Below the pieces are notes generated by a model. It was given only the letters and a program-made list of their open reading frames with translations, made no database searches and was not told the DNA's origin. A stretch of DNA of 64,000 bases, taken from NCBI GenBank assembly GCA_964016885.1, contig OZ024743.1, positions 161,200,001 to 161,264,000 of the forward strand, in the 5' to 3' direction. Source of the DNA: Eledone cirrhosa (lineage: Eukaryota). Position numbers and translations under genes: made by a program. Below, in pieces: positions 58,279 to 64,000 of this stretch (positions are counted from its first letter, which is position 1; every line of letters starts with the position of its first letter).

Positions 58279-58721
58279 CATATATACATACACATACATA
58301 TACACATATATACATACATATATATATATAAGCACTTTAATACATGAATACACTTACATCTAACTATACACATCAAACATATATATATATTTACTTATTT
58401 ATATACATTTTCACATATATATACATACTTATGGACGTTTTTAGACACATTCATTATCGCATATTTGTACCTATTCTCATCAGCATATCTTTTCATTATT
58501 AGTATGGTAATTTAAGGTTATTAATATATGTTGAGAAGAGATTGTTTTTATATTTTTCTAACTAGATTAAGGTTTATATAGTTGGGGGATGTCCCTCTTT
58601 TATGTAATATTCGGCTTGTAGTGGGAAAAAAGGGTTTTAGTTCTGTGACGGCAGAATAATGTTCGTTCAATTCTGTTATTCAGCAGTTTCTTCTTGTGTG
58701 TGATTATGTAATAAATCTCAC

Positions 58722-59999
58722 GGCGGAATATACCGCGACGATGTTCTCCTCCTAGCTAAAAACCTTAATAACCAAAAACTAGAAAAACTACGCAAAGATA
58801 TAAGAAAACTACTACTCGAAATAGGACTAACTATAACATATGAATACAACCTTAAAGTAGTTAACTTCCTGGATGTCACACTCAATTTAAACTCTGGTTT
58901 GATTAAACCGTTTCATAAATTGAATGAAAATCTCAAATACGTAAATGTTGGGTCTAACCACCCCATCTCTATAATTAAATCTATCCCTAAAAATATTTCC
59001 CTTAGAATCTCGAGTCTATCTTCTAACATACAAGTATTTAAGGAACACGCCGAGTACTACGATAACGCCCTTAGTAAAGCAGGCTACCTCAACAAAATAG
59101 AGTACATAGATGGGAACAATCAAAACACCCAAAATAAATCCCACATAGGTAGATATAATAACACAACACCAAACCACACTTACTACCATAGTATGCACAC
59201 CAGTAAACCAACAAACAAAACTAATAGAAAGCGATGCAAAGAGTACTTATGGTATAACCCCGAATACAATAGCTCCATTAGTACAAATTTACCAGTACTC
59301 TTCTTTAAAATAATTAAAAGACATTTTCCCACATCACACAAATACCACAAAATCCTAAACCCTACCACTATAAGACTGTCATACTCTACAGCGTTAAACC
59401 TTGAACAACACATAAAAAAGATCAATACTAGAAGGTTAAACGAAAACACTAAGAACTTAAGTACAAAGAACACAAAAAAAACAGTAGACAATACACTACA
59501 GAACATAAATAAACCACACCTAAGTTCGTCCGCAATACTACTCCAGAGAAAACCCAACGTACACAACTGTAACTGCACCTATCCTGACAACTGCCCCCTC
59601 GGCAATAACTGCCTGGAAAAAAATATTATTTATAAGTGTACCATTAAATCCGGAGGCAACGAGTGGTATTACGTGGGATCAACGGCAACATCGTTTAAAT
59701 CTCGATTGTATAGGCATTCTTACTCAATAAAACACCAGAGCCAAAGAAATGTAACAACTTTAGCAGAAAAAGCTTGGACGCTCAGGGATAGCGACCAAAA
59801 GTTTACCCTAAAATGGGAAAAATTAGCTAAAACCCAAAGCTTTTCCAGGAGCCAAAATTTCTGCAAATTATGTAATCTTGAGATTTATTACATAATCACA
59901 CACAAGAAGAAACTGCTGAATAACAGAATTGAACGAACATTATTCTGCCGTCACAGAACTAAAACCCTTTTTTCCCACTACAAGCCGAATATTACATAA
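58722..59999 (+). CDS. PLE RT (from catalytic YRDD) and GIY-YIG endonuclease; open frame, 5'-truncated
   Basis: The frame extends 59 codons upstream of the listed ORF: GGIYRDDVLL...VNFLDVTLNL; then SNHP, WYNP, CNC-x5-CPL..CL, IIY..YVGST..FKSR..H, CKLC..E, LNNR..CRH. Confidence 0.9.
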   Translation, partial: GGIYRDDVLLLAKNLNNQKLEKLRKDIRKLLLEIGLTITYEYNLKVVNFLDVTLNLNSGLIKPFHKLNENLKYVNVGSNHPISIIKSIPKNISLRISSLSSNIQVFKEHAEYYDNALSKAGYLNKIEYIDGNNQNTQNKSHIGRYNNTTPNHTYYHSMHTSKPTNKTNRKRCKEYLWYNPEYNSSISTNLPVLFFKIIKRHFPTSHKYHKILNPTTIRLSYSTALNLEQHIKKINTRRLNENTKNLSTKNTKKTVDNTLQNINKPHLSSSAILLQRKPNVHNCNCTYPDNCPLGNNCLEKNIIYKCTIKSGGNEWYYVGSTATSFKSRLYRHSYSIKHQSQRNVTTLAEKAWTLRDSDQKFTLKWEKLAKTQSFSRSQNFCKLCNLEIYYIITHKKKLLNNRIERTLFCRHRTKTLFSHYKPNIT

Positions 60000-60320
60000 A
60001 AGAGGGACATCCCCCAACTATATAAACCTTAATCTAGTTAGAAAAATATAAAAACAATCTCTTCTCAACATATATTAATAACCTTAAATTACCATACTAA
60101 TAATGAAAAGATATGCTGATGAGAATAGGTACAAATATGCGATAATGAATGTGTCTAAAAACGTCCATAAGTATGTATATATATGTGAAAATGTATATAA
60201 ATAAGTAAATATATATATATGTTTGATGTGTATAGTTAGATGTAAGTGTATTCATGTATTAAAGTGCTTATATATATATATGTATGTATATATGTGTATA
60301 TGTATGTGTATGTATATATG

Positions 60321-60363
<43 letters not shown>

Positions 60364-60943
60364 GTATATATATATATATGTATGTATATATGTGTATATG
60401 GATGTGTAAGTATGTGTATGTGTGTACACATGGACTAGAGTATGTATGTATATATGAGTGTGTCTATACGTGTGTATATAAAGATAAGTTGAGTATGAAA
60501 ATGTATACACATGAGCGTGTATGTATGTACATGAATACATGTGTGTATATATATGTGTATGCATGTGTATATATATGTAAGTATGAATATGTGAATTGTG
60601 AGTATATGTATTTTGTAGAGGTGTGCAAATATATTTGTGTGTGAATGCGTGGGTGAAAGGATACGTACACTTGAAAGAAAAATTTAAGTCTGAATGTTAA
60701 TTAAGTGCAAACACAAAACCAACCACGCATATCTTTACTATCTCTAATCCTTCTATAGATTTAGAAAAATAACCAATAATATATTCTATAAAAAATGTCA
60801 AAACAACAGATGGGAATCTAATTACTCACTGCCACCAAGAATTCTCACTGCTATCGAAAAACCACTCCTTCAACTATTCTTCCAACAACTTCACCCCTCC
60901 CTCCTAATATTCTCTATAAAAACTAAATAGGTCCTCAGTAATA

Positions 60944-61060
60944 TTATTCTGATGAAATGACAGTAAATAATAACATTGAAATATTGAATGTCTGCATAAC
61001 TAAAAGTTTGTAGATAGCTGTTTTAGGTTATGTAACTGTTATAGAAACACGTGTCAATAA
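60944..61060 (+). ncRNA. Type-I hammerhead ribozyme with a large branched stem-II domain; copy at 57527-57643 (-)
   Basis: TTATT-CTGATGA-A ATGACAGT[two hairpins]ACTGTTAT A-GAAAC ACGT GTC-AATAA. Confidence 0.75.
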
Positions 61061-61450
61061 ATTCCTTTCAACTAAACTGTATCCATTCAAATCTTTATAT
61101 ATATATATATATATATATAGTGATGAAACATAAGTCAATTATGAACTCATAATCCTTTATTTACTGCTATATATATTTCGATGATAGCTATTGAATGGCT
61201 ATGACCTCATCAGGCAGTTAGTCAGTTCTTAGATATGCCAACTCTGTTTTTATAGTGTTGATGGTATATATATATATAGGTAGATGCGCTCCATCATCCA
61301 CTTTTCTAAAAAATAAATCATACACAAAATGCCAGTACCAACAGTTTGGCAAAGAAATGTCAACATGAATGGACCTGTTATTTTTATCTAAAGACATTTT
61401 TACTAATTCCAACCCGCCCGTCCCCTCAATCTATCTTATTTTTCATTCTT

Positions 61451-61486
61451 TCTTCTGGTGAAGGACTCGCATCCGAAACGTTAAGA
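61451..61486 (+). ncRNA. Minimal hammerhead with a core mutation (CUGGUGA), probably inactive
   Basis: TCTT-CTGGTGA-A GGA ctcgca TCC-GAAAC GTT-AAGA. Confidence 0.65.
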
Positions 61487-61861
61487 CCCTCTTCTTGCTA
61501 TATCAAGCGTTAACATAATATATCCCTTCCATATACTGTACCGATTGTGTTGTTATATCTGTTTACCTTTTACATACATTTATATACATATATATATACA
61601 AGTGGAAGCTTAGTAAAATCGAAGCTTTGGCTGTAGCCAAGCAAAGTCGACCTACAATTAGGAATGTGTAGCAAAGCACTCAATAAGGGTAGGTCCTCAG
61701 AGTAATAACATTACGTTTAGATAACTTGACAAATTGAAAATTGTGGCAGGCAAAACCCAGCCATACAATACCAAAACAACGAAAAAACTAATCAGGTTAG
61801 ACAACAGATATATAGAAGGCTGCACTGGAAAATTTACTTAAGAATTTTAATTCCGCGTAAG

Positions 61862-61932
61862 CACTATACATATTTCTATGGCCCAGCTCTAGCATCCGAT
61901 TATAATGCAAGACTATATGATTTCATCAGGTG
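61862..61932 (-). ncRNA. Hammerhead ribozyme with extended stem II, partly decayed
   Basis: CAC-CTGATGA-AAT C...hairpin...C ATA-GAAA TATGTA TA-GTG. Confidence 0.6.
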
Positions 61933-62072
61933 TTATTTGCTGAATTATGAAATAAGATTATGTTGAACCGAAACATAGAATAGAAGATAGGAGATAGAAA
62001 AACTACAAGATAAAAAAGAGAAAATTTGATTTGGGCACAATATAGTGTTATATTGATAGCAGATGGTCTCCG

Positions 62073-62129
<57 letters not shown>

Positions 62130-62690
62130 AATGTTTGATATTTGTGCTTCTCAATAAAAAAGCTCAATAGACTTTGTCCTGAGCTATAACAATTCAAAAT
62201 TAAAATATATATATGTATATATACATATAGAGAGAAAGGACCATATATATCCAATAGAATACACAATATATTGTATATATACAAAGTACATATCTCAAAG
62301 AAAAATACTTACTCCAGATGGAATCAATAAAATTCCTGATAGCTCTATTTCATGCCTTGTAGAGCCAGAACCTAAAATCGGTCTATGTAATCAATCATCG
62401 ATCACAAACTATCGATTTCGATAAAGTTAGGTAGACGCTAGACAATCATCAGAGGTAATCATCTACAGCATTAAATGAAACAAAATATGGTTGGAAAATA
62501 GTATATGATACAACATACCTGTTTATATCCAGAGGGAAATTCAATGAACTAACGCCAAGCTATAGCTGCATGGTGTAATTACAGTCAACCCGATGCAAGT
62601 TTAATACATGACCAACGATATATCCCCATCATTTCACAACTACACCTCTGATTGTATATTCATCTGATGAAGTCACATGCATAACAATAT
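62130..62690 (+). mobile_element. Decayed PLE 3' end; HHR 5' half cut off by (TG)n
   Basis: CLYPEG..NE-like terminal motif at ~62520; CTGATGA AGT C ACAT at 62664. Confidence 0.45.
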
Positions 62691-62925
62691 GTGTGTGTGT
62701 GTGCACATATTATGTGTGTATGTTTGTATAGATATGTATGTTGTATATATTATTCAATTGATGAAAGCTGGTTGATCATATAATCCCCCGACTCGTTTGT
62801 AAACAGACGTAAAGCACTCTACAATTTGTATTCCTTAGGATTTTCCCGGTATCAACTGGAGTTTCAATATTATGAATAAGAGAGGCGGTTTTATTTCTAC
62901 GTGTTCTATTTATTACATAATAATT

Positions 62926-62994
62926 CTATTATATGCATTTCAAAGATGTCTGAGTGGTTACATAATAAACTTTTGACATGTTCTCATCAGACAA
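62926..62994 (-). ncRNA. Type-I hammerhead ribozyme
   Basis: TTGT-CTGATGA-GAA C ATGTC...GACAT C TTT-GAAA TGCATA TA-ATAG. Confidence 0.75.
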
Positions 62995-64000
62995 TTTAAG
63001 ATGTTTAGTCTTATTTTTTAATATGCTAGTGATTTATCGTGGTGTTTACATCGCTGACCAGTACACATATGGATAGTATTGGTATTCTAGTAGTTATATA
63101 GAGTGCAGGAGGCTAAATTGTTGCTGGCATTCTAGGGATTGTAATAAGTTAAATTATCAATTTACTAGATGGGGCATTCTTCAGTTCATATATTTTATAG
63201 AGTTGGCTTGAATGATCTACTTATTTGTTTGTTAATTTGTTTGAACTTAATTCTATGTATTTATATTTCCATCCTATGCATTAATTATTGGATAAAGAGG
63301 TTCCAGTGTAACTATGTATTGATGTATGGTTTAGTAATTATGTTTTGGTCTATTTGACGTTAATGTTTACAGAATTAGTTAACTATATATACTCCGGAAA
63401 GTTTTCAAAGTATGTAGAGTTTTGGTTGTACAGATATCACAGCCAGGCGAAAAAGATTCGCTTAAATATATATATATGTGCATGTGAGTGTTATGTATGT
63501 GTAGGTGTGTGTACGTAGGTGTGTGTATATGTATATATATTTGGGTTCGACTCCCATGTACGTCAATACTCATCCTTTTCCATTTTTAAAGGGTTTTTAA
63601 ACCCCACTATCAGGCTAAAATTTATTTGGCCAAAAATACGGCGACAGCTTCTATTTCTAACAAATTTATATATATATATCTGGATCACTGTTTGTATGAG
63701 TGAAAAGTAGATGTATGTATGTGCAAAGCAATGCCTGTGTGTATGCTTATGTATGTATGTATGTATGTATGTGTATATGTAGGTATATGTATACATATGT
63801 GTGTGTATGTATATATTTGTTTATAATTATGGGTGTCAGTGAAACTTATGTATGATGAGATGTGTATGTATATGTACATACAGGTTCGTACAAGTGTATA
63901 ATGGTGCTACATGTATAGATGTTGGTGTTTTGTGGCTATGTGTACCTAGTAAAATAAACTCGTACATATAAGTAATCGAATTAATGCATGTGTGTGTGTT

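Larger units (their letters stand above)
57376..61096 (+). mobile_element. Young 5'-truncated Penelope-like element (YRDD-type RT, probably Nematis-like) with an inverted 5' pLTR of ~1.2 kb
   Basis: 57491-58720 is the near-identical reverse complement of 59879-61096; TA flanks. Confidence 0.92.

Noticed and set aside
58722-59999. Assignment to Naiad/Chlamys or selenoprotein-encoding PLEs
   Set aside because: The endonuclease is C-terminal, there is no in-frame TGA, and an HHR is present

Overview
Eukaryotic, AT-rich, repeat-saturated genomic DNA. It is most likely from an octopus/cephalopod; this is an inference from the SINE families, the RTE LINE type and the extreme (TA)n/(TG)n content. 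The only host-gene sequence I can support is the first coding exon of a conventional protein kinase C (2446-2594, +), which the ORF track missed. The remaining ~61 kb appears to be its intron. It holds RTE, Tx1/L1-like and R4/Dong-like LINE remnants, tRNA-derived SINEs, a mariner, a Helitron, several MITEs, kb-long interrupted (TA)n arrays and a 200-N gap. Almost all Y/I/C/V-rich ORFs in the track are microsatellite artefacts. The main discovery is in 32-63 kb: nested in the TA arrays are many unrelated Penelope-like (PLE) fragments carrying roughly 15 hand-folded type-I hammerhead ribozyme (HHR) motifs, some decayed. These include a group with a conserved C.C mismatch in stem II despite divergent, covarying stems; U3-A8 core variants; HHRs with large or branched stem-II domains; a 418-nt non-coding retrozyme-like monomer; and many fold-back insertions whose inversion points fall inside the ribozyme. 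All folds were done by eye and activity is untested.
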